Assembly (NCBI GenBank): GCA_964016885.1
Contig: OZ024747.1
Location: 81,964,001 to 82,028,000 of the forward strand
Source: Eledone cirrhosa
Lineage: Eukaryota
Length of the DNA: 64,000 nucleotides
Direction: 5' to 3'
In this document: positions 13,516-26,942 of the stretch, one piece after another
Position numbering within the stretch: position 1 is the stretch's first letter
Layout of the letters: each line of letters starts with the position of its first letter
Notes under the pieces: generated by a model
What the model was told of the DNA's origin: nothing
The model's input: the letters and a program-made list of their open reading frames with translations, nothing else
Database searches by the model: none
Translations under genes and position numbers: made by a program

Positions 13516-13855
13516 TGTGGTAGTGGTAGTGGTGATAGTAGTAGTGGTGGTGGTGGCAGTAGTGGTAGTTGTGGTATTGGTGGTAGTAGTAATGGTGGTG
13601 GTGGTGGTGGTGGTGGTGGTGGTAGTAGTGGTGGTGGTGGTGGTGGTGGTGGTGGCAGTAGTGGTGGTGGTAGTAGTAGTGGTGGTAGTAGTAGTAGTAG
13701 TTGTGGTAGTAGTGGTGGTGGTAGTAGTAGTATTAGTATTAGTAGTAGTAGTAGTAGTAATGGTGGTAATAGTGGTAGTAGTAGTAGTAGTAGTAGTAGT
13801 AGCAGTAGCAGCAGCAGCAGCAGCAGCATCAACAGCAACAGTAACAGCTACAGCT
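13338..13855. repeat. Compound (GTA/GTG/GCA)n trinucleotide microsatellite
   Basis: Seen directly; explains the poly-V, poly-T and poly-L/P ORFs. Confidence 0.95.
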
Positions 13856-13967
13856 AACATCTCTATTACCTTGGTGACTTTACACTTGAGTTACAGCTAG
13901 TAATAACATGATAAACACACTTGAAAGGAGACCAAAGTAACAATTATTTTAGCAAAACATTTTATCC

Positions 13968-14180
13968 TTAACCCTTTAGCATTCACATTACTCTATATAT
14001 ACTATTGTATTTTGGTAGTAAACACTTTATATATAATATCGAATCTATGAGATTTTGATGTTATTTATCTTCAGAGCAATACCTTAATACCAGTAAGAGT
14101 GGCCAGTTACAGCCAATTTGAACAGAAAAAGGTGAGACATTTCTGGCCGGATACGTCCGGTTTGAATGCTAAAGCGTTAA
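13968..14180. mobile_element. piggyBac-like MITE
   Basis: ttaaccctttagcatt...aatgctaaagcgttaa, with TTAA on both sides. Confidence 0.8.
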
Positions 14181-15564
14181 AAAAGAATAAGCCTTAATGT
14201 AGCATGGATATGATGTGAGATATATGATGAGAAAACAATTGCAATGAATAGTAGTTGTCTATGATTAGAGTGGAATGAATTAATCTTTTTCATAGCAACC
14301 CGCACAAAATGGCCTCTGTTTCTATGGAACAAAACCATTCAATTTTAAAGAGCTTCAATCTAAATGAAATTCTTCCAGCATGATTTTATATAAGAAAATG
14401 TTTATGATACAAATTCATTTTAATGAAATAATTTCCGTAAATCCCTCCTAATTTGACATTAATTCGAAAATAGTGCATTTTATTAGAAATATAGCAAGTG
14501 ATAATATAATAACTACAGATATGTAGAGTGGGGAGATGTAAGTTAAGAAAGCAATTTGGCAGAAATTGCATATATTTATGTAAACAGGAGAATTGACTTT
14601 GCTAGTTCGAATGTAATTTAAATAGTTGATGTATGCAGAGTTCAAAATAAATGTTAAAGTTTAAGTTAGCAAGCACGTACACTTGCATGTACGCGCACAT
14701 ACACACACAAAACCAGCTGCAGAAACCATGTCAGAAGTAGAACCCATATTAAATAAGGGCTCCAGATGGTCTAGGAAGACAGTAGCATTGATTATGTACT
14801 TATTCAGTCAGTAACAACACATGTCCAAATCCATGTTAACATGGAAAAACAGATGTTAAATTATGATATATCCTATATAATATATATTAATATAATATAT
14901 ATATTGCATATCCTTTATAATATATACTCTAGTTTCGTACACATCCTTTCCATCTGTCTTTTAAACAATCAAATTGAGTGCTATTATTGAAAAGCAACAG
15001 AAAATATATAAGCAAACACACATATCTTCTACATAAGGTATATCTATCAGCATATCGTTTTCAATAAACTTCATAAATTAGATCTTTTTCTAAAACAAAT
15101 GGACATACATAACAATTTTTACCCAATGATATAAAAATGCAGCAATGAATACACACACATACACACACACATTCCAGTACGTTGAGTATATAACTCATTT
15201 CCTTTCTTTTAAGCATGAAACTAATACAACTTTATGTTAATGCCTCCTCTTGTTTGTTCGTTTATTGTTTCCTTTATATATACATATATATATATGTCAA
15301 ACTATATGTCAATACTATGAACAGAAATTCATGGAGAGCAGCTGTGAGACATTGCCTCGTGTTGCCTACCTCAGGGTCCAGGACAACCACAGCACCCTAA
15401 AGACCAAAACTGGATATGGATGGGTATCTAAATTCTATCCATCTCTGTCTCTCCTATCTATATCTGTCTCTTTATTATATATACTTATACCTATGTAACA
15501 AGAAAGATTTATTAAGATAACAAATTCATGTTAATGTGCTGATGTCTGACATATTTATATATAA

Positions 15565-15762
15565 TAATTGTTTCTACTTTTGGCATAAGGCCAGCAATTA
15601 GCCAGTGCATTACTGGTACTTTATTTTATCGACCCCATAAGGATGAAAGGCAAAAGGTACAAGGCCAGTAACTTGACGGGAAGTGGTAAGTTGACTAAAT
15701 CAACCCCAGTGCATTACTGGTACTTTATTTTATTGACACTATAAGGTTGAAAGACAAAGCTA
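15565..15762 (-). mobile_element. Two partial tRNA-derived SINE copies
   Basis: ttgtttctacttttggcataaggccagcaatt...actggtactttattttatcgacccc...ggatgaaaggcaaa, repeated at 15660-15760. Confidence 0.8.
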
Positions 15763-15865
15763 ACAACCTAGATTGGGGTGCATATGCAGATATAATTGTA
15801 GCCATTGCTCTATTTAGGACCAGTCTGGGTTTAATTCTTCTCATGTTCACTATCTACAGAGATTA

Positions 15866-15921
<56 letters not shown>

Positions 15922-16074
15922 GTCTATAACGTAATCTACAAAGGTTGAAACTCATTCAGCCTTTTTGAGTTACCACTGGACCAAGGATACTGACTAACAT
16001 TGAGCTTTTATAATCTTTGCCGGGATATATATTGGTAAACTCCAACATAACCCAACCCAACATATATATGTATA

Positions 16075-16272
16075 CGAGAGTCAGCTGATAAGTTCATAGT
16101 CTGAGTTTGAAAGAGTGATGGTAGAGCTGTGAAATCTTGCATGCATTAATTTCAACTCTTATTATTATTAACTGCATTGTTTCTTTCCGGGGCCTATGTT
16201 GAAAAATTAACCTCATTTGGTTATTCCATGAGAGTATCTTGGTCAGCCTATGAACTTATCAGCAGACCCTCA
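16075..16272. mobile_element. Mariner-type MITE
   Basis: TA-cgagagtcagctgataagttcatag...ctatgaacttatcagcagaccctca-TA: terminal inverted repeats with TA target. Confidence 0.75.
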
Positions 16273-19200
16273 TACATACACAAACACACACAAAGTCACA
16301 CACACAAACACACCCTTACTAGCAGGGAAAACAAACTTTAAAAACGATGACGATATATATATAGAGAGGTATTGGAATGGATATGTCAGACGTTAAGATT
16401 TACTGAAGAAAGTTGAATTACAACACTGTGAAAGCCATGGCAACATAGAAACAAGAATTAAGATGATGAAATTGTAAAGGTAAATGTCTGGACTACATTA
16501 TATATACAGTCAAAATATCTAGTAACCAGCACAATGTTGAAACATTTATATTCTATATGCTTCACAGCTTAGTGTAGGGAAGATATTTGTTTTCTTTAAA
16601 GAAAAAAATTGCATGATCTAAGGAAATTTCTTACTATGCTTATAGAGCAAAGTATTTTGTATTTTGTGACCAAATATTAATATTTGATAACCTACTAGTA
16701 TAGAATGATTATTTTCCTGACTTATGAATGCTTGCTGAGTTGAAGTAGAGAAATCTGTGAATTAAGATTAATAGCCACATACAAATGTAAGCTCAAATAC
16801 ATTAAAATGTTTTTCCACCTGCACTCCAACACAATATCAAAGTACCATTTTCACTAAATATTAAATTAGTATATCCATTTTATTTTTACTTCAACACATC
16901 TAAAATATATAGTTTCTGGTATATAGTGAGTCATTACATTTTTCATTAATTCAACAGTAACACTCTTACACTCACAATGTTTATATGAAATTATTAGTAA
17001 TGAAGCTAAGATTTAATAAGATAACAAATTGGTTTGGGTACGTTTCCGGTATATTTTCATTCTTCAAAATGAACAACTACACTATGCTAATGCATGTAAA
17101 TATATTCAGTCACGCATGCACATTTAATAACATCTGAATTTTGCTAAACATTTCAACAGAGTTGAAATGTCTGGAAGCAATTATATCTTACAATTTTATT
17201 TTAGTGTTTATTTTAGTTTCAGTTATTTGGATTCTGAATTCAAATCATGCATGGGTTAACTTTGCCTGTCTTTTCTTGATATACTAGGCTTGTTCTGACA
17301 TCAACTGAATCAACTACAAATATGCGACCTGCTGAAAATAAAAGGAAGCTTTATAGTTTTCAATACTGTTAATATTATGTACCATTAAACTTCATTCTCT
17401 GGCCTGCATCAGAATATTTTCATATTTCATATTATCCATCCTTTCATTTGTATAATTATTGTCCTCTCTCTATAAAATCGATTCATATCATGCATTTGGA
17501 TTCAAGCACATTAGAACAATTTTAAATAAAATAATTGTTGTTTGATAGATTCATGACTTAAATTTTATCAGCTCAAAGCTCAGTTATGGCTATCTATACA
17601 AAACATTTTGAACTAATGGCTGATATTTCACTCTAACCATAACTAAAACCACAGACACAAATCAAATAAATGAACAAAAACAGCTATAATTCATCCTATG
17701 GCTACCTTCATAATTTCTGAAAGACTAAACAAAGTTTGCAACAGCTTAGTTTTTGCTTCTGATACTATCAATCGTTAGTGTTATATAATAGGTTATTAAA
17801 TATTCCTCTTAACGCTTTTATATTCATTTTAATAAGAATGAATTTAAAAGCCATTCCATTTACTGTCAGTTTATTTTAATGTCTGTCTTAGATCATATCT
17901 AAAAGAGAGAAAGCAGCTTATAGCTGGTAATGAAAACTTCCATGTTCAAATTTCATCCATAGCAATGTCTATCTATCTTGCATATGTATACTCTATTGCT
18001 ACACCTATCAATCAATAGACCAACATTTCTGAAATGTATCTAACAGCTCCAGTTCACAATTTCTACAGTACAAATTATCTTATACTCTTAGACATTTTAC
18101 CTTCATGTTTTATAATTATCCTTGACGTTCTCTTGAATCAAATCGAAATGATTTTGTCTCAACTTTCAGCAGCCCCCAATACTTCTATCCCATTTTTGTT
18201 GAAATCACCAACCAGTCCAACAGGAGCCATTTTGTTTGGTCACACACCAAATAATCTCTATTCCCATATGCACCAAACAGTATGATAAATAGGAAAAAAA
18301 TTTCAAGATTGCTATTGTTTGGTTCTTCCAATTATAAAAACATGTAAATGAAGAAGTGTAACAAACTATCAGAGCGGTACTGTACAGTTGTTCTGCACCA
18401 ATCCAGGTTAGATATTCATTTTACATTAGTTTACATATGACACAAGAAGATTGGATCACTTTGGGTATTCTTCAGGACAGCTACTTCTTTAGATTGATTG
18501 AAACAGAAGGTAAAAGCAGTTACTTCAAATGATAAATGGACAAGTGACAAGGCAAGTTATCTTGATTTGTCTTTACACAAACGCCTGTTTGTATTTGTGT
18601 TGAGAAGTATGAGGGGTTGGATGTGTGCACACACACATTTAAGAAAAAGTGAGAATTAAATAAAAAAGGATGTGTAGGTGTGTGACAATATACACACACA
18701 CATCAGGTACTCATGTGCATCAGATATAAGTATGCAAAAATAATACATACAAGTTGTAAATGTATATATGTGTACATATGTGAAAAAATGTGCATACATG
18801 ACATAATTCCTGAATGACCATAATAACTCAAATCTACCAACTAAAAATAGAAAAAGAAAAAAAACATTCAAAACTGAACAAATTAAGGATAAAATTGTTG
18901 ACAATAATCTAACGATACATCCTTTACTGGCTGGTCAGGTATGCTAGAAATGCAGTAGAATCATAATTTTTTGCTATGAAATTTATCCTATAAATATAAT
19001 CAACAAAAAGCTATACATCTTTTGCAGGTAGGATTTAATTTATATAGTACATTTAGATAGTGTGTGTTGGGATAAATTGTAAATAGGTTTATTGCATGCA
19101 TTTAATAAACACAGTTAACCACCTCGCTGTGGTTAAACCATGGGACAGTATGAACTACATAACCATTCAACTATTATTGATATCTAAAAAGATTAAGATC

Positions 19201-19449
19201 AGAAAAAAAATAATTCAAAATTATGAATGATAAAACCTAATACCTCATGGAACATTATTCAGAAAGACCAGGTACGCTGCAATTCCTCAAAGGTGTTGCA
19301 TACAAATCTTCAATAATTATTTTTCAATGTCTTAAATGTTTTTATTTATTTTTATTTTTAAAATGATCTGTTTTGAAGAGAAATTTCTGATTTTTTGGGA
19401 ATTTAATTTCCTATGGGGAAAATTTACTGGGCGGAATGTTCATTCATAG

Positions 19450-19700
19450 AACTTTCAGGGCACCATTTTAACCTTGTTGAATGCTGTCCTAGTCTTGCTC
19501 ACAATGTGATCAAGTTTATCATTGAACTTACCAGTATGATTAACTGTACTTCCCAGATAGGTAAAGTGACTTGCCCCAGCCAGATGCTGCCCTTCAATAA
19601 GGATGGGCTTATGTTCTGCCACTTGTCATGGGCACGGATCAAAACTTGATTGATAAAGAACTTCAGACTTTCAGATGTTAATTTTCTAGCCTAGATTTGC
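19450..19700 (-). pseudogene. Decayed RTE (BovB-like) RT fragment
   Basis: Minus strand: LG*KINI*KSEV...ILIEGQHL...HFTYLGSTV...IVSKTRTAF, with in-frame stops. Confidence 0.65.
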
Positions 19701-20289
19701 ATATCCGCTGTACTATCGGTGAAAAGGACAAGTATTAGACACCATTAATTCTCCCACTGTGTAATCTTTGAGGTACAACACCTAGAATAAGTTTATTATA
19801 TCATTGTAATAATTATTTTACTATCATAATATTAATTTTACATTGTTGATGATATTCTTAGAATTTGTTTGCTGGGTAAGCTTTTTCCATCACTACCATG
19901 CTTATAACTGCCTGTTCCTGCTCATAAATTAGCAGTAAATTATTGTAGAAAATTGTAATTATGTATGTTTTATTGCCAAATACTGATTCCAGTGACTGGC
20001 AGCATGATAGAGTAAGCTTACTTTATCTATCACAGTATTAACGTTAGAGTAATTGTATCTCTGAAACCATAACTTTGGTCTCCTCAATGATATATCAGTT
20101 TTAGCCAAATTTTTGTTCCCATACATAATTTCCTTTCCAATGGCAATACATTGATTATTATGCCATTATTCTGGTATTAGTGCAGCAGAAAACACAATTG
20201 AAAGACTCCAGATGATGAATTTTTCTAACAACAAAGAAATAGCTTTAGATTTACAATATATTTAATTTCATAGGCAATACCATGTATGT

Positions 20290-20640
20290 GGTGGATGTAG
20301 CATGGACAAGTGCTTAAGAAGTTCTCTTCACAATCATGAGCTTCCAACTTTGATTCCTTAGCATGTCATCTTCAGTAGGTGTATTTTATTAGAACTCTGA
20401 ATCAACTCAAACCCTATGAATGAAATTGGTTCATTAGAAACTATTTTGAATCCTGTCAAAATGAACTGTACTTGTAACTCAATGGACCAGCTTAGGCACA
20501 AACTGTATCACTGAATCGTCCAGAAAATTCAGTTAAGGATACATGTGTACTTGAAATATACAACCACTTACACAATTTAACAAGTAGACTATTCCATTGA
20601 TCAAACAAATGGATCAATCATCACAATCAACAGAGTTCCA
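20290..20640 (+). mobile_element. Highly decayed tRNA-derived SINE
   Basis: gtagcatggacaagtgcttaagaag head, remnant B box (ttgattcc) and downstream body. Confidence 0.4.
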
Positions 20641-22489
20641 TTTGCTTTTACCATTTATATCACAGTTAGTGTAAATAATGTTTGCTTTACTAATATAATG
20701 TAACAAAATGTATAGCTATCAACATAGTAAAATATAATGTTACTCATAGTATCTTCATACACAAAAATGTAATTGTACTGAAATAAAAAATATTTAAATA
20801 ATACATTAATCTTATTTGCCATTATAGTCATAGCTTAGCAGAAATTGAAGATAGCTACACAATGGTTAATTTTCTTGAATTAACTTGAACTAAAACTTAT
20901 TACACTATTAAATACTGTTATCTCAGAAAGGAGCACAACTGTCTGCATAGTAAAGTTGGAACATTTTGTATTAGCATTAAACGATGATGATGATGATGAT
21001 CTGAAAAAATTGTGATTGTATTTTGAAACAGCATTTGTACTCATAATGTTAACTTGGCAGAATATGAAGGAAACTGCATAACAAGCATACAATTCACCAT
21101 GTTTGAAACATGTTGAAATGAGGCAATTCCTAAATAATTGAAAATGAATGTAAATTATGGAATATATAGTAAAATGACAAGAAGTTATGATAAAAACAGT
21201 GGAAGTCATTATAATTAAACTGGAAATATACCAAAAAATAAAAATGAAATTTAAGTGAAATGTTTATCTTTCACATCTTACTGCACATAATTTTAAAAAA
21301 TATATTCTCATGTTGTGCCATTTTTAACATATTAAATCAATGGTGGTGAAATTTTAGATGCAGCAAAAATTATACAAAAATCAATTAAGAATATGTGAAA
21401 GCTTGGATTTTTAGAGGAAGATAAATAGAACATTGAGAAGTTTATGTTATTTCTCTTACACATTAAGAATGAATGTAATGCAGTTCCATTTTGGGAACAT
21501 ACTGCTTGTCATAACAAAACTAAAAAATATAAGATGCCATGTAAAATATTCTTGTGTTTCTACCAGCTGCCATGACATTAATAAACAATGGCTATTCATG
21601 ATAACCTACCACTTTAACATAGCAAGATCGTAAGATGTAATAATTGAGAGACAAAATTATAATATGGTGGCAAAAGGGTTACTGATTGTTCAGAAAGCTG
21701 AATTGCAAATGAAAATGTTCAAATCCAGTCAACAACATTGCAGTGCTTTCATTACTTTGCTTTTCTGCATTTCTTCTATTTAGAAATCAAGTATTGTTTA
21801 CACTAGTAATAGTTAGTTTTCCTTATGTCATCTTGCCAACACCTATAAGCCACTTACATTTTATTTACAACTACAGGTTACATCCATTTGGCAGACACTA
21901 TAGACTATATCAATAAGATGACACAAGGTTCATGTCTAACAATCCAACATTTATAGGCTGTAACTATTTAATCAACAGGTAAAGATTATTCTTAATACTC
22001 CCAAATAACACCATACACCATTATCATTATCATTATAAACCACAGGCAAAAGAATCAATCATTATCTTGCTCCTCGGCTATAATTATCAGCTAAATACAC
22101 ATAATTAATATTGTCTTTAGTTTGCATTTTACACATGCATTATGGGCTTGTTATTAATGTCAGAAGGCGAAATACGAAGAACACTTCTTTTTCTTTATTA
22201 TTGACAAGACATAACTACATTCTATGATGAGAATATTGTGTTGTTTTGCTGTTTGATGTGCAGTCTGTCAGTTCTTGGTAAGGATATAATTACTTTGAGT
22301 GGCATAATATGTACTGCTGTCATTAACTTTACTACTATCATCCTCATCACCATTATCAGCATCATAGTCACCATTACTGTTATGTTTTTTATGTCCTCAC
22401 CACCACAATTTCATTCCTCATCACAAATAACTACATCATCCTTTTCAGCATGATTATACTCTTAAATATCATTATTATAATAATTTCCA

Positions 22490-22650
22490 CTACTATCATC
22501 ACAACCACCACTACCATCATCACAACCACCACTACCATCATCACAACCAACACTACCATCATCACACCAACAATACTACCATCATCACAGTCAACACTAC
22601 CATCATCACAGTCAACACTACCATCATCACAGTCAACACTACCATCATCC
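22490..22650. repeat. 21-bp minisatellite (ccatcatcacaaccaccacta / ccatcatcacagtcaacacta)
   Basis: About 7 tandem units in a CAT-rich tract. Confidence 0.85.
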
Positions 22651-24054
22651 TATCATCTTTATGATCATTACCAGTACAATTATCATCCTCACTATCACCA
22701 TTATTGTTTTAAATCCTCAGTTGCCAGCAGCATCATCATCATAATCATCATTCAAATCAACCATGATGAGATGCTGAAAATCGGCAAATAATGGTAGTTT
22801 TAAAAACACAAGGAATAAAATGGTCATGGCCACTATAAAGGAAGTGGCGTTAAGTGAAAATTATGACTATAAATATGTATAGGTAGCTGTTTTTGGTTAA
22901 ACTTAGATCGGTTTTGATTGCACAAACCCATGATCAAAGACATTCTAGACATGATCAACAATTCATTTTATATATCAAGGATAACATCGTACAATATTTG
23001 TTTTGGTTTTTAAGATAATAAAGTATGATTTGTGGGAGATTTGGATGTTAGTTCTAGTATGTCAAGTTGCCCTCAGGAAAAAATAAAATTACAGCTCATA
23101 CCTATGTAAGTATAGCTGGCCTCCTATGAGGTCAAATCTTATTTGAGGTCTCTTGGGTGTTTTAATTATACTATGCCCCAGTACTATTATGAAAAGCAAT
23201 GTGAAATTAAGCATCTTGCTCAAGAACAGAACATGCAATCCAGTGTAAGAATCGAAACCACAACCTCATGATTATGAATCCAACACCCTAAGTCACATGG
23301 TTTCACTATCAGTTATTGTGTGAAGGTAATTGATATAACTGATGGTAGTAGAGCTGGTGGTTATTGCAAAATATTTAAATGGCTGTAATTATAGGTAGAT
23401 GTTTATTGTAGAAGCTATGACAATACATGGTGGAATTAGTTGAAATGGACGTTTGGTCTTTTGTATATCATTGTATGTACATCCATCACTCAACCCTAAT
23501 GAAGGAGGTGACCTATGGTCAAACATGCTTCAGCTATTATTATTTTGTCTTCTTTCAAATATAGTGTTAAAGAGTACTTCATCCAACATGTCCTTTTCAT
23601 TTTTTAGATGGTAGGGTGTAATTTGAGACTGATTTGACTGCTATTTCTAGTAAGCCAAGCGACTGTGTAGCAGTTAGTTGGCTTATTTGATACGTTACTC
23701 TGCTGCATTGAAGAGACTAATGGAGTGACAGAACTGTTGACTGTGAATAAGGTGAATGTGCAATGCAATATTATAGAGAAGACATATTAGTAATGTTCCT
23801 AAAGGAATAGTGTGATCATGATAATTGCAGCAGTTATTATTATATACATTACATCCCACCAGTCTCAGAGGGCCTGCAAATATTATGGGTGCAGCACACT
23901 TCTTCATTAAACTATTTAGATATAAAAGTTGTAACCACAATCTGTAAGTGGAGTTGTTTGCCTTGTAGCAATATGTAATCCACTAAGTGTGATGATGATA
24001 TGATAATTTTCTTTTGGCAGTAGTTTGTGTTATAGTCAGTAATAGGAAACTTTT

Positions 24055-24530
24055 AATGATATGAAAAATGAAATTAGAATTTTATTTTTCACCCTAGCAC
24101 AGCTGATACATAAATGTAAGTATGCATACATAAACACACACTCACAGATATATACACACACATACATACAAATGTACACATGGGTTATATCGAACATTAA
24201 TAATAATGTTCGATTCGTTTGTAAACAAACAGCCTGATTTGAAGCTGTGCCGTGCCAGTGACTGATCGTCACCTGTTTGTTCAACATTGGCTTTGAGGAA
24301 CAATCAACATGTTTCTGGGTCATTACCCTTCATCAGGACTGTATACCTCTGCCTGTCTGTTGAACGGTTGAAAATATATAGTATTTTCTTAAGTACACAT
24401 CAGGTGAGTAGCCTCATTTGCATACCAAGCGAGTTACAGCTGGCCTTGCTGAATATTAAAAATAAAATTAGAATTTTATTTCTTGCTCTAGAACAGCTGA
24501 TACCTAAATTTAAGTATGCACACATACACA
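24055..24530 (-). mobile_element. Non-coding Penelope-like/retrozyme-like element with terminal direct repeat (period 394 bp)
   Basis: aaattagaattttattt...agctgatac..aaat.taagtatgca occurs at 24071 and 24465, with an internal hammerhead motif. Confidence 0.6.
24300..24342 (-). ncRNA. Minimal type I hammerhead ribozyme motif
   Basis: Minus strand: acagtc-CUGAUGA-a-gggt-aatg-accc-a-GAAA-catg-UU-gattgt. Palindromic CATG in stem III; GUU triplet. Confidence 0.75.
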
Positions 24531-25339
24531 TATATGTGTGTGTGTGTGTGTGTGTGCATACATTTACATGATATGTATAACTTACTATCAACAATATTTC
24601 ACCATCCTAAAACAAATATCAATATCACTTCAGCCTTAAGATCATTATCAACACCCTCATCATAACCAATCCCTAATATCACCAATGTATTAAAACCTGA
24701 ATTGAAGATGGAATACAACTCTAAAATAAAGGCAGAAATCACAAAAATTACTGCAGTAATAACATCAATATTAGAAATTATAGTAATGCTACATGCTATT
24801 TAATGCAATTCAATAATTTCAGTACTGGATTCAAAACATTGCTGTGGGTTCCCTGAAGCTATGGGCTTACTCAATCCCCCTTTCCCTCTCTTACTCTCTC
24901 TCTCAGAGCAGAAATATTCAATCCACCCAAGGCTCTATTAAGCATTAATGCATACAACAAATATAGACTATTTCATTATACCATATAACAACCCACTTTG
25001 CTTCAACCTTAGCCTCTAGCAAGCTCCTTCACTGTAAGTGGCTAATCTAATAGGATACAAATTTTATTTTATGCAAATTTTGTTTAAATATGTGTTGAAT
25101 TTATTCAATTTTGAGGTGATTTTTTTCCTCCTTTCCTAATTATTGCCTTTATGTTTTATATCTTAGTTTACTGTTTATTTTTCTAACATAAAAGCTAATT
25201 AGTTTGGCAGAACAAAATACCTGTTGTTAAAGTAGATTTATGTAATCATAATGGTTATGTATGGTAACTATGTTATATTGTTTTAGAAACTGAGAAAATA
25301 TTTCTAAGAAATATTTTGTTAGTAGAAATAGTATTTTAT

Positions 25340-25396
25340 GCATTTAGACATATACATTTATATATATGTATATATATATGTATACATATATATATG

Positions 25397-25434
<38 letters not shown>

Positions 25435-25465
25435 TATCATCATTTCATCATTTTTTTCATATATG

Positions 25466-25524
<59 letters not shown>

Positions 25525-25600
25525 GTATATATATATGTATATGTATATATATAATGATATATATATATATTGATATATATTGATATATATATATATATGT
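25340..25600. repeat. (TA)n-rich microsatellite
   Basis: Seen directly. Confidence 0.95.
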
Positions 25601-25841
25601 GGTTCTGTCTTTGCGCGTAATTGATTTTCACAGCTCCTATTAATGACGTATTATATTCGTTTTTTCCCGTTCTTTGCCAGCGAACGTTTCCACGAACCAA
25701 AGTATCGTCTTCCTGTCTTCCTCGTTGCAACGTTTTTTGAAATATCCACTTCTGCGTTTACAGATTGACTTTGTTAGTTTCAGAAAATCCCGTTAAGGGT
25801 AAAAGCAGCGATTCTTTGCTTAAACTTTAATCTTTATTTTA

Positions 25842-25883
<42 letters not shown>

Positions 25884-25932
25884 TTATATATATACATATA
25901 TATATCTGCCGAAATTACCTCTTGTTGTTTTG

Positions 25933-25977
25933 ATTGCCCTGATGAGTCCTTAATAGGACGAAACATTGTCGGCTAAT
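25933..25977 (+). ncRNA. Minimal type I hammerhead ribozyme motif followed by AATAAA
   Basis: attgcc-CUGAUGA-gtcct-taat-aggac-GAAA-c-att-g-UC-ggc(t)aat. Canonical core, perfect stem II, GUC triplet. Confidence 0.85.
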
Positions 25978-26170
25978 AAAAACTTTTGATGTATTAAAGG
26001 ATTCTTTGTTTTACTCTCTTAATTTTTCGGCTCTGTTTAACTGCATTGAGCTATACCTTTTACTGTCATTTCTATAATACGAAGAGGGTGTTTGACTCAA
26101 ACACGCTCCAGTATTCTAATCCTTATATATATATATATATATATGAATACATATGTATATATATATATAT

Positions 26171-26818
26171 CTGTAGATATTGTTTTCTATACAGTAACGG
26201 TAAAACTCACCTGTAATAACTCTTTACACACATCTCACAGTGTAACACACTTCTCTTTGTGTAATATATTTGCATTTGAGCTCAGAAGAAAATTCTCTAT
26301 TCTTCTTTGGGCTAATACTATTATTATTATTACAGTGAACTGCGGAATACTCTTAATTCCGATCTTTGTATACTTAACGAGCCCCAAATTGTTGAGCTAA
26401 TAAATTCGAATGGTTGAGCTGCCCTCTCTAGCATTTTCCCCAATCCATAAGAGCCGTTATTTGATGCAAATAACATGTGATTTCGCCCTACTCTGGGCAG
26501 CGTGTATATTAGCTTTCTCTCTATCCATTAGGTTAGATGTGTCGTGAACAGTATCCACATTTGCTGACTGACGATCCTGTGACCTGTTATACTGCACATA
26601 TCAGTGGTGAAACGGAGCGAGATTCATATCAGCAAACTTATAGTTATAAGGTTGATAATTTAAAACTCTAATTCAGAGATTTGATTCTGACTTAGTTTTT
26701 TTCTATTTAATTGCTAAACCTGTAGATATTGTTCTCTATACAGTAACGGTAAAAGTAACTTGTAATAACTCTTTACACACATCTCACTGTATAACACACT
26801 TCTCTTTGTGTAATATAT
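26171..26818 (+). mobile_element. Non-coding element with about 100-bp terminal direct repeat (period 549 bp), TA-flanked
   Basis: ctgtagatattgtt.tctatacagtaacggtaaaa...ttctctttgtgtaatatat at 26171 and 26720; internal hammerhead-like motif. Confidence 0.7.
26560..26636 (+). ncRNA. Type I hammerhead-like motif (partly decayed)
   Basis: tttgctga-CUGACGA...GAAA...UA-tcagcaaa. Perfect 8-bp stem I; stems II and III imperfect. Confidence 0.55.
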
Positions 26819-26821
26819 ATG

Positions 26822-26897
<76 letters not shown>

Positions 26898-26902
26898 TAT
26901 TT

Positions 26903-26940
<38 letters not shown>

Positions 26941-26942
<2 letters not shown>

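Noticed and set aside
13300-13900. Mucin-like poly-Thr, poly-Val and poly-Pro ORFs
   Set aside because: Trinucleotide microsatellite open in several frames on both strands; no splice or domain evidence.
18150-18420. Minus-strand IILFGAYG...VGDFN (APE endonuclease-like) or host exon
   Set aside because: The motifs are in different frames and short; too weak to call.
25670-25730. Minus-strand GAAACGTTCG hammerhead-like end
   Set aside because: The upstream core reads CAGGAAGA rather than CUGANGA, and stem I does not pair convincingly.
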